Under the pieces are notes generated by a model. That model searched no databases. It had not been told where the DNA came from and worked only from the letters and a program-made list of their open reading frames with translations. Shown here one piece after another: positions 28,480-40,289 of a stretch of 64,000 bases of DNA. Numbering within the stretch: the first letter of the stretch is position 1; each line of letters opens with the position of its first letter. This DNA comes from a phage, in NCBI GenBank assembly GCA_036930585.1, contig GCA_036930585.1_3066.1; one strand, 5' to 3'. The position numbers and the translations under genes are program-made.

Positions 28480-28971
28480 ATGTTTGTAGATGATGTAACA
28501 CGAGCGTTTGAATCTGGTGATTTTGCTCGACCTAACTTATTCCAAGTAGAAATTTCTTATCTTGGACAAAATTTTACATTCCAATGTAAAGCCACTGCTT
28601 TACCAGCTGGTATTGTAGAAAAAATTCCAGTCGGATTTATGAACCGTAAAATTAACGTAGCAGGCGATCGTACATTCGATGACTGGACTGTTACAGTAAT
28701 GAACGATGAAGCTCATGATGCTCGCCAGAAGTTTGTTGATTGGCAAAGCATTGCTGCTGGTCAAGGAAACGAAATTACTGGTGGAAAACCTGCAGAGTAT
28801 AAAAAGAGCGCTATTGTTCGTCAATATGCTCGTGATGCTAAAACAGTAACAAAAGAAATTGAAATTAAAGGTCTGTGGCCTACTAACGTGGGTGAACTTC
28901 AATTAGATTGGGATTCAAACAATGAAATCCAAACCTTTGAAGTAACTCTTGCTCTCGATTATTGGGAATAA
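28480..28971 (+). CDS. 19: tail tube protein gp19
   Basis: 163 aa, same as T4. Confidence 0.92.
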   Translation: MFVDDVTRAFESGDFARPNLFQVEISYLGQNFTFQCKATALPAGIVEKIPVGFMNRKINVAGDRTFDDWTVTVMNDEAHDARQKFVDWQSIAAGQGNEITGGKPAEYKKSAIVRQYARDAKTVTKEIEIKGLWPTNVGELQLDWDSNNEIQTFEVTLALDYWE

Positions 28972-29003
28972 AATGAATGGGGAGAAATCCCCATCCTGCT
29001 TAA

Positions 29004-30628
<1,625 letters not shown>

Positions 30629-30629
<1 letters not shown>

Positions 30630-30868
30630 TGGAAGGTTTAATTGAAGCTATTAAATCAAACGACCTCGTAGCCGCTCGTAAATTATTTGCTGAAGCCATG
30701 GCTGCAAGAACGACTGATTTAATTAAAGAAGAAAAAATCGCTATCGCTCGTAATTTCTTAATCGAAGGTGAAGAACCTGATGACGAGGATGATGACGAAG
30801 ACGAAGATAGTGATGATAAAGACGACAAAAAAGACAAGGACTCTGACGAAGACGAGGATGATGAATAA
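30629..30868 (+). CDS. 67: prohead core protein gp67
   Basis: 79 aa with poly-acidic C-terminus ([16 protein letters not shown]...). Confidence 0.85.
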
Positions 30869-31293
30869 TGCTTCTGATCCCTGAAACTCATGAATTAGTT
30901 CTCGAGAATGTCGAAGCACTTATTCCTGAAGCACAGGGTCGCTTTGACGAATTGTCTTCTGCTTTAAATAAAGACGATATAAATACAATTGTCGAGAATA
31001 TGCTTGATGATGAAACTGATTTAGCGGTTGCATTAGCTTCTATTAATGAAAATATGCCGTTAAATGAATTTATCGTTAAACATGTTTCTGCCCGTGGTGA
31101 AATTACTCGCACTAAAGATCGCAAAACCCGCGAACGTAATGCATTTCAAACTACCGGGTTGTCTAAAGCAAAACGTAGACAAATTGCTCGTAAAGCTACC
31201 AAAACGAAGATTGCCAATCCAGCAGGTCAATCTCGTGCTCAGCGTAAGCGTAAAAAAGCTCTTAAACGCCGTAAAGCATTAGGATTAAGCTAA
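30868..31293 (+). CDS. 68: prohead core protein gp68
   Basis: 141 aa, same as T4. Confidence 0.85.
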
Positions 31294-31931
31294 TGAATGA
31301 ACCCCAATTACTAATTGAAACTTGGGGTCAACCTGGCGAAATTATTGATGGCGTACCAATGCTTGAATCTCATGATGGAAAAGACTTAGGTTTAAAACCT
31401 GGTTTATACATCGAAGGAATATTCATGCAAGCGGAAGTCGTCAATAGAAATAAACGTCTTTATCCAAAACGTATATTAGAAAAAGCGGTAAAAGACTATA
31501 TTAATGAGCAAGTTTTAACTAAACAAGCTCTCGGAGAATTAAATCATCCTCCACGCGCTAATGTTGACCCGATGCAAGCCGCTATCATTATAGAAGATAT
31601 GTGGTGGAAAGGAAATGACGTATACGGACGAGCTCGTGTTATTGAAGGTGACCATGGTCCTGGAGATAAATTAGCAGCTAATATTCGTGCCGGATGGATT
31701 CCAGGAGTTTCTTCTCGTGGATTAGGTTCATTGACTGACACAAATAAAGGTTATCGTATCGTAAACGAAGGATTCAAATTAACTGTAGGTGTTGATGCAG
31801 TATGGGGTCCAAGTGCTCCAGATGCATGGGTAACTCCTAAGGAAATTACCGAATCACAGACGGCGGAAGCCGATACAAGTGCCGATGACGCCTATATGGC
31901 TCTCGCAGAGGCCATGAAAAAAGCGTTATAA
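31293..31931 (+). CDS. 21: prohead core protease gp21
   Basis: 212 aa, same as T4. Confidence 0.9.
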   Translation: MNEPQLLIETWGQPGEIIDGVPMLESHDGKDLGLKPGLYIEGIFMQAEVVNRNKRLYPKRILEKAVKDYINEQVLTKQALGELNHPPRANVDPMQAAIIIEDMWWKGNDVYGRARVIEGDHGPGDKLAANIRAGWIPGVSSRGLGSLTDTNKGYRIVNEGFKLTVGVDAVWGPSAPDAWVTPKEITESQTAEADTSADDAYMALAEAMKKAL

Positions 31932-31934
31932 ATA
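31927..31934 (+). promoter_or_regulatory. T4-type late promoter TATAAATA for gene 22
   Basis: tataaata overlapping gene 21 stop. Confidence 0.5.
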
Positions 31935-31961
31935 TTATTATCTAAACAACAGGACTACAAA

Positions 31962-32771
31962 ATGCTTAAAGAACAACTGATTGCTGAAGCGCAGAAAATT
32001 GATGCTTCCGTTGCTCTTGATAGTATTTTCGAATCAGTTAATATTTCTCCGGAAGCAAAAGAAACTTTCGGCACTGTATTCGAAGCTACCGTCAAGCAGC
32101 ACGCCGTTAAATTAGCTGAATCTCATATCGCTAAAATTGCTGAAAAAGCAGAAGAAGAAGTAGAAAAAAATAAAGAAGAAGCAGAAGAAAAAGCTGAGAA
32201 GAAAATCGCTGAGCAAGCTTCTAAATTCCTTGACCATCTTGCAAAAGAATGGCTCACTGAAAATAAATTAGCAGTAGATAAAGGTATCAAAGCCGAACTG
32301 TTTGAATCCATGCTTGGTGGATTGAAAGAGCTCTTCGTTGAACACAACGTTGTTGTTCCAGAAGAATCAGTTGATGTTGTAGCTGAAATGGAAGAAGAAC
32401 TGCAAGAACATAAAAAAGAATCAGCTCGTCTGTTCGAAGAACTCAATAAGCGTGACGCATATATCAATTATGTGCAGCGTGAAGTGGCATTGAGCGAAAG
32501 TACTAAAGATCTGACTGAGTCTCAAAAAGAAAAAGTCTCTGCTCTGGTCGAAGGTATGGATTATTCAGATGCATTCTCAAGTAAATTGAGTGCAATCGTA
32601 GAAATGGTGAAGAAATCTAATAAAGATGAAAGCACTATTACTGAGAGTATAAATACTCCTGATACTGAAGCAGCCGGACTGAATTTCGTCACTGAAGCTG
32701 TAGAAGATAAATCTGCACAAGGTGCAGAAGATATTGTAAGTGTATATGCGAAAGTCGCATCTCGTTTCTAA
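31962..32771 (+). CDS. 22: prohead core scaffold protein gp22
   Basis: 269 aa, highly charged helical, same length as T4. Confidence 0.9.
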   Translation: MLKEQLIAEAQKIDASVALDSIFESVNISPEAKETFGTVFEATVKQHAVKLAESHIAKIAEKAEEEVEKNKEEAEEKAEKKIAEQASKFLDHLAKEWLTENKLAVDKGIKAELFESMLGGLKELFVEHNVVVPEESVDVVAEMEEELQEHKKESARLFEELNKRDAYINYVQREVALSESTKDLTESQKEKVSALVEGMDYSDAFSSKLSAIVEMVKKSNKDESTITESINTPDTEAAGLNFVTEAVEDKSAQGAEDIVSVYAKVASRF

Positions 32772-32789
32772 TTTTAAAGGTTAACACAA

Positions 32790-34355
32790 ATGACTATCAA
32801 AACTAAAGCTGAACTTTTGAACAAATGGAAGCCATTACTGGAAGGTGAAGGTTTACCGGAAATTGCTAATAGCAAACAAGCGATTATCGCTAAAATCTTT
32901 GAAAACCAGGAAAAAGATTTCCAGACAGCTCCAGAGTACAAAGACGAAAAAATCGCCCAGGCATTTGGTTCTTTCTTAACAGAAGCTGAAATCGGTGGTG
33001 ACCACGGTTACAATGCTACCAACATCGCTGCAGGTCAGACTTCTGGAGCAGTAACTCAGATTGGCCCAGCTGTTATGGGTATGGTACGTCGTGCTATTCC
33101 TAACCTGATTGCTTTCGATATTTGTGGTGTTCAGCCAATGAACAGCCCGACTGGCCAGGTATTCGCACTGCGCGCAGTATATGGTAAAGACCCAATCGCT
33201 TCCGGTGCTAAAGAAGCATTCCACCCAATGTATGGTCCAGATGCAATGTTCTCTGGTCAGGGTGCTGCTAAGAAATTCGCTGCTTTGAAAGCAAGTGATA
33301 CTCTTGAAGTCGGAACTATTTACACTCACTTCTTCCAGGAAACTGGTACAGTATATCTGCAAGCTACAGCAGCTAAACAAATTGATTCAGGCGCATCTGA
33401 CGCAGACAAATTAGATGCTGAAATTAAGAAACAAATGGAAGCTGGTGTACTGGTAGAAATCGCTGAAGGTATGGCTACTTCTATCGCTGAACTTCAAGAA
33501 GGTTTTAACGGTTCTACCGATAACCCATGGAATGAAATGGGCTTCCGTATCGATAAACAAGTTATCGAAGCTAAATCTCGTCAGCTGAAAGCTGCTTACT
33601 CTATTGAATTAGCACAAGACCTCCGCGCTGTTCACGGTATGGATGCTGATGCTGAACTGTCTGGTATTCTGGCTACAGAAATTATGCTGGAAATCAACCG
33701 TGAAGTTGTTGATTGGATTAACTACTCCGCTCAGGTTGGTAAATCTGGTATGACCCTGACTCCGGGTTCTAAAGCTGGTGTATTTGACTTCCAGGACCCA
33801 ATCGATATTCGTGGTGCTCGCTGGGCAGGTGAATCCTTTAAAGCTCTGTTGTTCCAGATTGACAAAGAAGCAGTTGAAATTGCTCGTCAGACTGGTCGCG
33901 GCGAAGGTAACTTCATTATCGCTTCCCGTAACGTAGTTAACGTTCTGGCTTCAGTTGATACCGGCATTTCTTATGCTGCACAAGGTCTGGCTACTGGCTT
34001 TAACACTGATACTACCAAGTCAGTATTTGCTGGTGTTCTGGGTGGTAAATACCGTGTATATATCGACCAGTATGCTAAACAGGATTATTTCACCGTAGGT
34101 TATAAAGGTCCGAACGAAATGGATGCTGGTATTTACTATGCTCCATATGTAGCTCTGACTCCGCTGCGTGGTTCTGATCCGAAGAACTTCCAACCGGTAA
34201 TGGGATTCAAAACTCGTTACGGTATCGGTATCAACCCATTTGCAGAATCCGCTGCTCAGGCTCCGGCTTCTCGCATCCAGAGCGGTATGCCTTCTATTCT
34301 GAATAGCCTTGGTAAAAACGCTTACTTTAGACGTGTATATGTTAAAGGTATCTAA
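32790..34355 (+). CDS. 23: major capsid protein gp23 precursor
   Basis: 521 aa; N-terminus MTIKTKAELLNKWKPLLEGEGLPEIANSKQAIIAKIFENQEKDFQ as T4 gp23. Confidence 0.95.
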   Translation: MTIKTKAELLNKWKPLLEGEGLPEIANSKQAIIAKIFENQEKDFQTAPEYKDEKIAQAFGSFLTEAEIGGDHGYNATNIAAGQTSGAVTQIGPAVMGMVRRAIPNLIAFDICGVQPMNSPTGQVFALRAVYGKDPIASGAKEAFHPMYGPDAMFSGQGAAKKFAALKASDTLEVGTIYTHFFQETGTVYLQATAAKQIDSGASDADKLDAEIKKQMEAGVLVEIAEGMATSIAELQEGFNGSTDNPWNEMGFRIDKQVIEAKSRQLKAAYSIELAQDLRAVHGMDADAELSGILATEIMLEINREVVDWINYSAQVGKSGMTLTPGSKAGVFDFQDPIDIRGARWAGESFKALLFQIDKEAVEIARQTGRGEGNFIIASRNVVNVLASVDTGISYAAQGLATGFNTDTTKSVFAGVLGGKYRVYIDQYAKQDYFTVGYKGPNEMDAGIYYAPYVALTPLRGSDPKNFQPVMGFKTRYGIGINPFAESAAQAPASRIQSGMPSILNSLGKNAYFRRVYVKGI

Positions 34356-34369
34356 TCTTTGACGATTTA

Positions 34370-34400
34370 AGGGACCTTCGGGTCCCTTTAGTTGTTTTTA
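34370..34400 (+). terminator. rho-independent terminator after gene 23
   Basis: hairpin gggaccttcgggtccc followed by T-rich tract. Confidence 0.6.
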
Positions 34401-34403
34401 TGG

Positions 34404-34411
34404 TATAAATA
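34404..34411 (+). promoter_or_regulatory. T4-type late promoter TATAAATA for gene 24
   Basis: tataaata about 28 nt upstream of ATG 34439. Confidence 0.55.
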
Positions 34412-34438
34412 AATCATATAAACCAAAAGGAAAGCGCA

Positions 34439-35722
34439 ATGGCTAAAATCAACGAACTTCTGCGCGAATCAACCACAACGAATAGCAACTCAATCGGTCG
34501 CCCAAATCTCGTTGCTTTGACTCGCGCTACCACTAAATTAATATATTCTGACATTGTAGCAACGCAAAGAACTAATCAACCTGTTGCTGCTTTTTATGGT
34601 ATCAAATACCTTAATCCAGATAACGAATTTACTTTTAAAACTGGTGCTACTTACGCTGGCGAAGCTGGATATGTAGACCGAGAACAAATCACAGAATTAA
34701 CAGAAGAGTCTAAATTAACTCTCAATAAGGGCGATTTATTCAAATATAATAATATCGTTTATAAAGTATTAGAAGATACACCATTTGCTGATATTGAAGA
34801 AAGCGATTTAGAATTAGCTCTTCAGATTGCAATTGTTCTTTTAAAGGTTCGTCTATTTTCTGACGCAGCGTCAACAAGCAAATTTGAAAGCTCTGATAGT
34901 GAAATTGCGGATGCTAGATTCCAGATTAATAAATGGCAAACCGCAGTTAAATCTCGTAAACTTAAAACTGGCATCACAGTTGAATTAGCACAAGATTTAG
35001 AAGCAAATGGATTCGATGCTCCTAATTTCTTGGAAGATTTGCTTGCAACTGAAATGGCGGATGAAATCAATAAAGATATTCTACAGTCTTTGATTACAGT
35101 ATCAAAACGCTATAAAGTTACAGGAATTACTGATACCGGTTTCATTGATTTGAGTTATGCATCTGCACCTGAAGCTGGTCGTTCATTATACCGAATGGTA
35201 TGTGAAATGGTTTCGCATATCCAAAAAGAATCAACTTATACAGCAACGTTCTGTGTTGCTTCAGCTCGTGCTGCTGCGATTCTTGCTGCATCAGGTTGGT
35301 TAAAACATAAACCAGAAGATGACAAATATCTTTCACAAAATGCCTACGGGTTCTTAGCTAATGGTTTACCGCTTTATTGCGATACCAACAGTCCATTAGA
35401 TTATGTAATCGTTGGCGTAGTAGAAAATATTGGTGAAAAAGAAATTGTTGGATCAATTTTCTATGCTCCGTATACAGAAGGTCTTGACTTAGATGACCCT
35501 GAACATGTAGGTGCATTTAAAGTTGTAGTTGACCCAGAAAGCTTACAACCGTCTATAGGTTTATTAGTTAGATATGCTTTATCAGCAAATCCTTATACCG
35601 TAGCAAAAGATGAAAAAGAAGCGAGAATAATTGATGGTGGAGACATGGATAAAATGGCGGGTAGTTCAGATTTGTCTGTTTTATTAGGTGTTAAGTTACC
35701 AAAAATTATTGTTGATGAATAA
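34439..35722 (+). CDS. 24: capsid vertex protein gp24
   Basis: 427 aa, same as T4. Confidence 0.92.
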   Translation: MAKINELLRESTTTNSNSIGRPNLVALTRATTKLIYSDIVATQRTNQPVAAFYGIKYLNPDNEFTFKTGATYAGEAGYVDREQITELTEESKLTLNKGDLFKYNNIVYKVLEDTPFADIEESDLELALQIAIVLLKVRLFSDAASTSKFESSDSEIADARFQINKWQTAVKSRKLKTGITVELAQDLEANGFDAPNFLEDLLATEMADEINKDILQSLITVSKRYKVTGITDTGFIDLSYASAPEAGRSLYRMVCEMVSHIQKESTYTATFCVASARAAAILAASGWLKHKPEDDKYLSQNAYGFLANGLPLYCDTNSPLDYVIVGVVENIGEKEIVGSIFYAPYTEGLDLDDPEHVGAFKVVVDPESLQPSIGLLVRYALSANPYTVAKDEKEARIIDGGDMDKMAGSSDLSVLLGVKLPKIIVDE

Positions 35723-35726
35723 AACA

Positions 35727-35751
35727 AAGGGACCTTTCGGTCCCTTTTTAT
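35727..35751. terminator. bidirectional terminator between convergent gene 24 and rnlB
   Basis: hairpin agggacctttcggtccct flanked by A-run and T-run. Confidence 0.6.
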
Positions 35752-36756
35752 TTAACTTACCAATTCAATCCAAGCCGGACGAAGTACATCTTGTACCATT
35801 TTAACTAATTCCTTTTTAATCAGAGAAGGATTATCCGCTTGAGTTAGAGTAATACCTTCACGAGAAGTTTCTTCCAAAATATCTTGAACAGTTAGTCCCA
35901 TCACCTTTCCAAAATCCTTCGGACCAATTTCGCCAATTTTAGAAATAACGTTATTTACTCGGTTCAGTGTAACGTAGCAAGCTAAAATTCCCAGCAATTT
36001 ATTATCAGCTTCTGACAGCTCAACTTTAGCTTTAATAGGCTTATCAGACTTTTTCTTTTCACTAAATTTAGAGTTCTTGCATTTAATCGCTACGCGATTG
36101 CCATTAGGCATCCAAGAAGGATAACAAGGTTTCAATACATAACCTTCAGCGGTAAATACTTCGCCTTTTGCTTCGGCATTCCAGACGTATTTATTTGCAT
36201 CAACTAATCCAGCATGGTCTACTGTAAAATTATAATCTTGAACGACAGAATCTAAATCATTCGGCAATTTAATAAGTTCTTCAAATTTACCACGACCCAA
36301 AAGTGGAGCCATTTTAAATTTAAATGTATTACAGAATGATTCCATCATATAATCATCGACATAAGTCACATCACCACTTTCGGTAGTAACAATAATGTCA
36401 AATACATAAAAATCTTTATCGCCATAATCGACATTCTTCTGAATGCCAGGTCCAGCGAATTCGCCAAAGACTTGATAAGATACAACCGCTGAGGTTTCCA
36501 TAATATCTTGTACTGCTTTAATAGAATCTTCGTAATTCTTTAGAATAATTTCATACCCAAAGAAATCTTCAGCAGGAAGAATCGGTCCAGTACGTTTAGC
36601 ACAAGTAGCTTTATCACGCTCAATAATCAGTGAGAAATTTGTGCCATGAATCTTTTCACGAGCTACCCATTCGCCGCAAGTCAATCCCAAGCTATAAAGT
36701 TTTTCAATAAATTTAGAGTTGTAATGATTTTCAAGACTGCTATACTTTTTAAACAT
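35752..36756 (-). CDS. rnlB: RNA ligase 2
   Basis: 334 aa; nucleotidyltransferase motif I EKIHGTN. Confidence 0.9.
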   Translation of the reverse strand: MFKKYSSLENHYNSKFIEKLYSLGLTCGEWVAREKIHGTNFSLIIERDKATCAKRTGPILPAEDFFGYEIILKNYEDSIKAVQDIMETSAVVSYQVFGEFAGPGIQKNVDYGDKDFYVFDIIVTTESGDVTYVDDYMMESFCNTFKFKMAPLLGRGKFEELIKLPNDLDSVVQDYNFTVDHAGLVDANKYVWNAEAKGEVFTAEGYVLKPCYPSWMPNGNRVAIKCKNSKFSEKKKSDKPIKAKVELSEADNKLLGILACYVTLNRVNNVISKIGEIGPKDFGKVMGLTVQDILEETSREGITLTQADNPSLIKKELVKMVQDVLRPAWIELVS

Positions 36757-36765
36757 AATTAATCC

Positions 36766-37044
36766 TCAAAATGTAATTTCTAACCAATCACCATCACGCT
36801 GATCACTATTGACTTTAAAACTAAATCCTTCTTTTCTCAGCCAATCACCAATTTCTTCAGTAATCAATTTATCGCGAGCAATACAATAATAACTAAAATG
36901 TGTTTTACCTTGTTCAGCTGCTTTATTAGCAAGTTCCGAAAAATCTTTAATAAAACACTCTAGCTTAAACTGTTTACTTTTAAGTGCTTTTTCGCGTAAT
37001 TGATTAGCAAAAGATTCATTTTCATAAAGATCATACTGTTCCAT
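36766..37044 (-). CDS. hypothetical protein (92 aa)
   Basis: ORF track; position of T4 24.2. Confidence 0.55.
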   Translation of the reverse strand: MEQYDLYENESFANQLREKALKSKQFKLECFIKDFSELANKAAEQGKTHFSYYCIARDKLITEEIGDWLRKEGFSFKVNSDQRDGDWLEITF

Positions 37045-37246
37045 TTTTCACCTTTTTATTAATATGTCTTTTTCTATAGACAACTTTTTCTCGAGTCTCA
37101 AATTTATTCTTAGCAGTCATAGCTCGAGCCCATAATACAGCCACTTCTTTCGCCTGTAAGTTCAATTCACGAGCAATTTCAATGAATGACTTTCCAGACT
37201 CATGGAGTGTAAACACCACAACCTCAGTTCTCATAATCAATCTCAT
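37031..37246 (-). CDS. small putative helix-turn-helix protein (71 aa)
   Basis: ORF track; HTH-like segment SFIEIARELNLQAKEV; position of T4 24.3. Confidence 0.5.
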   Translation of the reverse strand: MRLIMRTEVVVFTLHESGKSFIEIARELNLQAKEVAVLWARAMTAKNKFETREKVVYRKRHINKKVKNGTV

Positions 37247-37304
37247 GTTATCGAGTTGGTGCCATTATATACATCATTTTCTGATTGTGTTTTGTGTGCT
37301 TTCA

Positions 37305-37334
37305 AAATGAAGAAAGGGGCCGAAGCCCCTACGA
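37305..37334 (-). terminator. rho-independent terminator after hoc
   Basis: minus strand GGGGCTTCGGCCCC followed by TTTCTTCATTTTG. Confidence 0.55.
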
Positions 37335-37727
37335 TTATGGATAGGTATAGATGATACCAGTTTCTAAAGCAGTTTTATGAATGATGTATCCATTGCGCGA
37401 TTCTTGGACATCAACTTCTGGATAGTCTTTCATCATCTTCTGGAGAGTGTAACGATGCAAGTAGTACTTACTATCTGGATCGTCAGTTTTCCAATCTTTA
37501 CCTTCTTCAGTCATTTTTTGGATTTCATCCATAACCCACCAACCGCACCAGATATAAGCTGAAGTACGATGTGGAAGAGGATGAACATAAGGCAATTCGC
37601 CATCAACGGTCCAGACAAATGATTCGGTACCTTCAGCTGCAGCACCGGAGCCGGTCGCAGTGAAATTGGTTGTTGCTCCAATAACGGCCGTAGCCGCCAA
37701 AGGAGAAATATTTGCGGTATAAGCCAT
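37335..37727 (-). CDS. hoc: Hoc (highly immunogenic outer capsid protein), shortened form
   Basis: 130 aa; C-terminal ELPYVHPLPHR...GIIYTYP matches the Hoc capsid-binding domain; only about 40 aa of Ig-like N-terminal sequence. Confidence 0.8.
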   Translation of the reverse strand: MAYTANISPLAATAVIGATTNFTATGSGAAAEGTESFVWTVDGELPYVHPLPHRTSAYIWCGWWVMDEIQKMTEEGKDWKTDDPDSKYYLHRYTLQKMMKDYPEVDVQESRNGYIIHKTALETGIIYTYP

Positions 37728-37736
37728 AAGTTATCC

Positions 37737-38417
37737 TTATTTTAATGTTACGAAAGAAGAATTGCGTGTTTCACGAATTAGAACTGATCCGTCACGGTTA
37801 ATGTAATAAATTAAGCTAAATAAAGTTTGGTGTGCTGACGCGTGTTCAAAACTAGTTGGGTGAGATTTCCAATCCGGAGTTTCAGCAATCCATTGATAAA
37901 TCCACCAAGGAACAGTGCAGAATCCTGGATTTTTTCCAATCAGCTGAAGATTCGGACTAAAGTTTTCCGGAAGAGTAAATACAGACGGCTTTTCAGATTC
38001 AATAATCTCAGCTACAGCTTGTTCAAATTTTTCTTCAACAAAAGGAGTATCTTCAATCAAAACATCGGTATTTTCAGGAATTTTATCCGTTTCTACTACT
38101 TCAATTTTAATGTCAGATTTAACCGGAGAATCAATCAGAAGTGCTGCCTCTGGATTGACTTCTTCATCGTCATATTTTAATCCGTCTGCAGCATCAGCAG
38201 CATCAATTAAGTCTTTAATAGATAACCCATCAGTCTCTGGCATAGGTTCACTAGCGAGCTTCTGGAGAGCTTCTTCAATATCAGCAACGATATTATCAAA
38301 AGATTTATTCTTTTTGACCTTTATACCAAACTGTTCAGCATATTCAGCTAATTTAGCTTTAGCTTCTTTGTTATCATCAAGAGCCTTCAGCTCTGCAATA
38401 TAATCTTTATCTATCAT
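37737..38417 (-). CDS. inh: Inh, inhibitor of prohead protease gp21
   Basis: 226 aa, acidic; position between hoc and uvsW. Confidence 0.7.
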   Translation of the reverse strand: MIDKDYIAELKALDDNKEAKAKLAEYAEQFGIKVKKNKSFDNIVADIEEALQKLASEPMPETDGLSIKDLIDAADAADGLKYDDEEVNPEAALLIDSPVKSDIKIEVVETDKIPENTDVLIEDTPFVEEKFEQAVAEIIESEKPSVFTLPENFSPNLQLIGKNPGFCTVPWWIYQWIAETPDWKSHPTSFEHASAHQTLFSLIYYINRDGSVLIRETRNSSFVTLK

Positions 38418-38430
38418 AATATTTCCTCAG

Positions 38431-38438
38431 TATAAATA
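38431..38438 (+). promoter_or_regulatory. T4-type late promoter TATAAATA for uvsW
   Basis: tataaata about 30 nt upstream of ATG 38468. Confidence 0.5.
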
Positions 38439-38467
38439 TAGATATATTTATTACATGGTATTTAGAC

Positions 38468-39979
38468 ATGACTGACATTAAAGTACATTTTTATGATTTT
38501 AGTCACGTGAGAATTGATTGTGAAGAAAGTACATTTCATGAACTCCGTGATTTCTTTAGCTTTGAAGCTGATGGGTATCGTTTTAATCCGAAGTACAGAT
38601 ATGGCAACTGGGATGGACGAATCCGTCTTTTAGATTATAATCGTCTTCTTCCATTCGGCTTAGTCGGGCAAATTAAAAAGTTCTGTGATAACTTTGGCTA
38701 TAAAGCCTGGATTGACCCACAAATTAACGAAAAAGAAGAATTATCAAGAAAAGATTTTGATGAATGGCTTTCTAAATTAGAAATCTATTCAGGAAATAAA
38801 AGAATTGAACCACACTGGTATCAAAAAGATGCAGTGTTCGAAGGATTAGTTAATCGTCGTAGAATTCTTAATCTTCCAACATCCGCTGGTAAATCTTTAA
38901 TTCAAGCTTTGCTTGCGCGATATTATTTGGAAAATTATGAAGGTAAAATTCTTATCATTGTTCCAACAACTGCTCTGACAACTCAGATGGCTGATGACTT
39001 TGTTGACTATCGTTTATTCAGTCATGCAATGATAAAGAAAATCGGTGGTGGAGCATCAAAAGATGATAAATATAAAAATGATGCACCGGTCGTTGTTGGT
39101 ACATGGCAAACTGTAGTAAAACAACCGAAAGAATGGTTCTCACAGTTTGGAATGATGATGAATGATGAATGTCATCTTGCTACAGGAAAAAGTATTTCAT
39201 CTATCATATCAGGTTTAAATAACTGCATGTTCAAATTCGGTTTGTCTGGTTCATTACGTGATGGCAAAGCCAATATCATGCAGTATGTTGGAATGTTTGG
39301 TGAAATATTTAAGCCAGTAACGACTTCTAAGTTAATGGAAGATGGACAAGTAACTGAGCTAAAAATTAATAGTATTTTTCTTCGCTATCCCGATGAGTTC
39401 ACTACTAAATTAAAGGGAAAAACTTATCAAGAAGAAATAAAAATTATTACGGGGCTTAGTAAAAGAAATAAATGGATCGCTAAATTGGCTATTAAGCTTG
39501 CACAAAAAGATGAAAACGCTTTTGTCATGTTTAAACATGTATCGCATGGTAAAGCTATTTTCGATTTAATTAAAAATGAATACGATAAAGTTTATTACGT
39601 ATCAGGGGAAGTTGATACCGAAACACGCAATATAATGAAAACCTTAGCTGAAAATGGTAAAGGAATAATTATAGTAGCTAGTTATGGTGTATTTTCTACT
39701 GGTATTTCAGTTAAAAATCTGCATCACGTTGTTTTAGCACACGGTGTTAAATCTAAAATTATTGTATTGCAAACAATAGGTCGTGTATTACGTAAGCATG
39801 GTTCTAAAGCTGTTGCTACAGTTTGGGATCTTATAGATGACGCGGGCGTAGTTTCTAAATCAAAAACATCTTCTAAAAAATACTCGCATTTAAACTATCT
39901 TTTAAAACACGGCATTGATCGTATTCAGCGCTACGCAGATGAAAAATTTAATTACGTAATGAAAACAGTTAATTTATAA
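38468..39979 (+). CDS. uvsW: UvsW SF2 helicase
   Basis: 503 aa; Walker A TSAGKSL, DECH box MNDECH. Confidence 0.92.
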   Translation: MTDIKVHFYDFSHVRIDCEESTFHELRDFFSFEADGYRFNPKYRYGNWDGRIRLLDYNRLLPFGLVGQIKKFCDNFGYKAWIDPQINEKEELSRKDFDEWLSKLEIYSGNKRIEPHWYQKDAVFEGLVNRRRILNLPTSAGKSLIQALLARYYLENYEGKILIIVPTTALTTQMADDFVDYRLFSHAMIKKIGGGASKDDKYKNDAPVVVGTWQTVVKQPKEWFSQFGMMMNDECHLATGKSISSIISGLNNCMFKFGLSGSLRDGKANIMQYVGMFGEIFKPVTTSKLMEDGQVTELKINSIFLRYPDEFTTKLKGKTYQEEIKIITGLSKRNKWIAKLAIKLAQKDENAFVMFKHVSHGKAIFDLIKNEYDKVYYVSGEVDTETRNIMKTLAENGKGIIIVASYGVFSTGISVKNLHHVVLAHGVKSKIIVLQTIGRVLRKHGSKAVATVWDLIDDAGVVSKSKTSSKKYSHLNYLLKHGIDRIQRYADEKFNYVMKTVNL

Positions 39980-40004
39980 GGGCTTTGGCCCTTTGGAGAA
40001 AAAG

Positions 40005-40235
40005 ATGTTACTAGGATTTAAACAATTTCTTTATGAAGCTTCTATTGATGAATTTATGGGTAAAATTGCCTCTTGTCAAACATTAGAAGGTTTAGAAGAA
40101 CTTGAAGCTTATTATAAGAAAAGAGTCAAAGAAACTGAATTAAAAGATACTGATGACATCTCTGTGAGAGATGCTTTGGCAGGAAAAAGAGCTGAATTAG
40201 AAGATTCAGACGATGAAGTAGAAGAAAGCTTTTAA
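40005..40235 (+). CDS. uvsW.1: UvsW.1 small acidic protein
   Basis: 76 aa from ATG 40005 with GGAG RBS; track ORF starts at TTG 39993. Confidence 0.7.
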   Translation: MLLGFKQFLYEASIDEFMGKIASCQTLEGLEELEAYYKKRVKETELKDTDDISVRDALAGKRAELEDSDDEVEESF

Positions 40236-40289
40236 ATTAAAAAAGGCCCAACCAAAAAGGAAGGGCCAAAACTATAGACTAAAGGTCAC

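Noticed and set aside
28978-28992. Hairpin ggggagaaatcccc after gene 19 as a terminator
   Set aside because: No U-run follows; more likely a structural element or processing site than an intrinsic terminator.
32123-33380. Minus-strand ORFs of 114 and 134 aa inside genes 22 and 23
   Set aside because: Antisense to highly expressed capsid genes; compositional artefacts.
37842-38403. Plus-strand ORFs of 112 and 97 aa overlapping inh
   Set aside because: Antisense to inh, low-complexity translations, no RBS.
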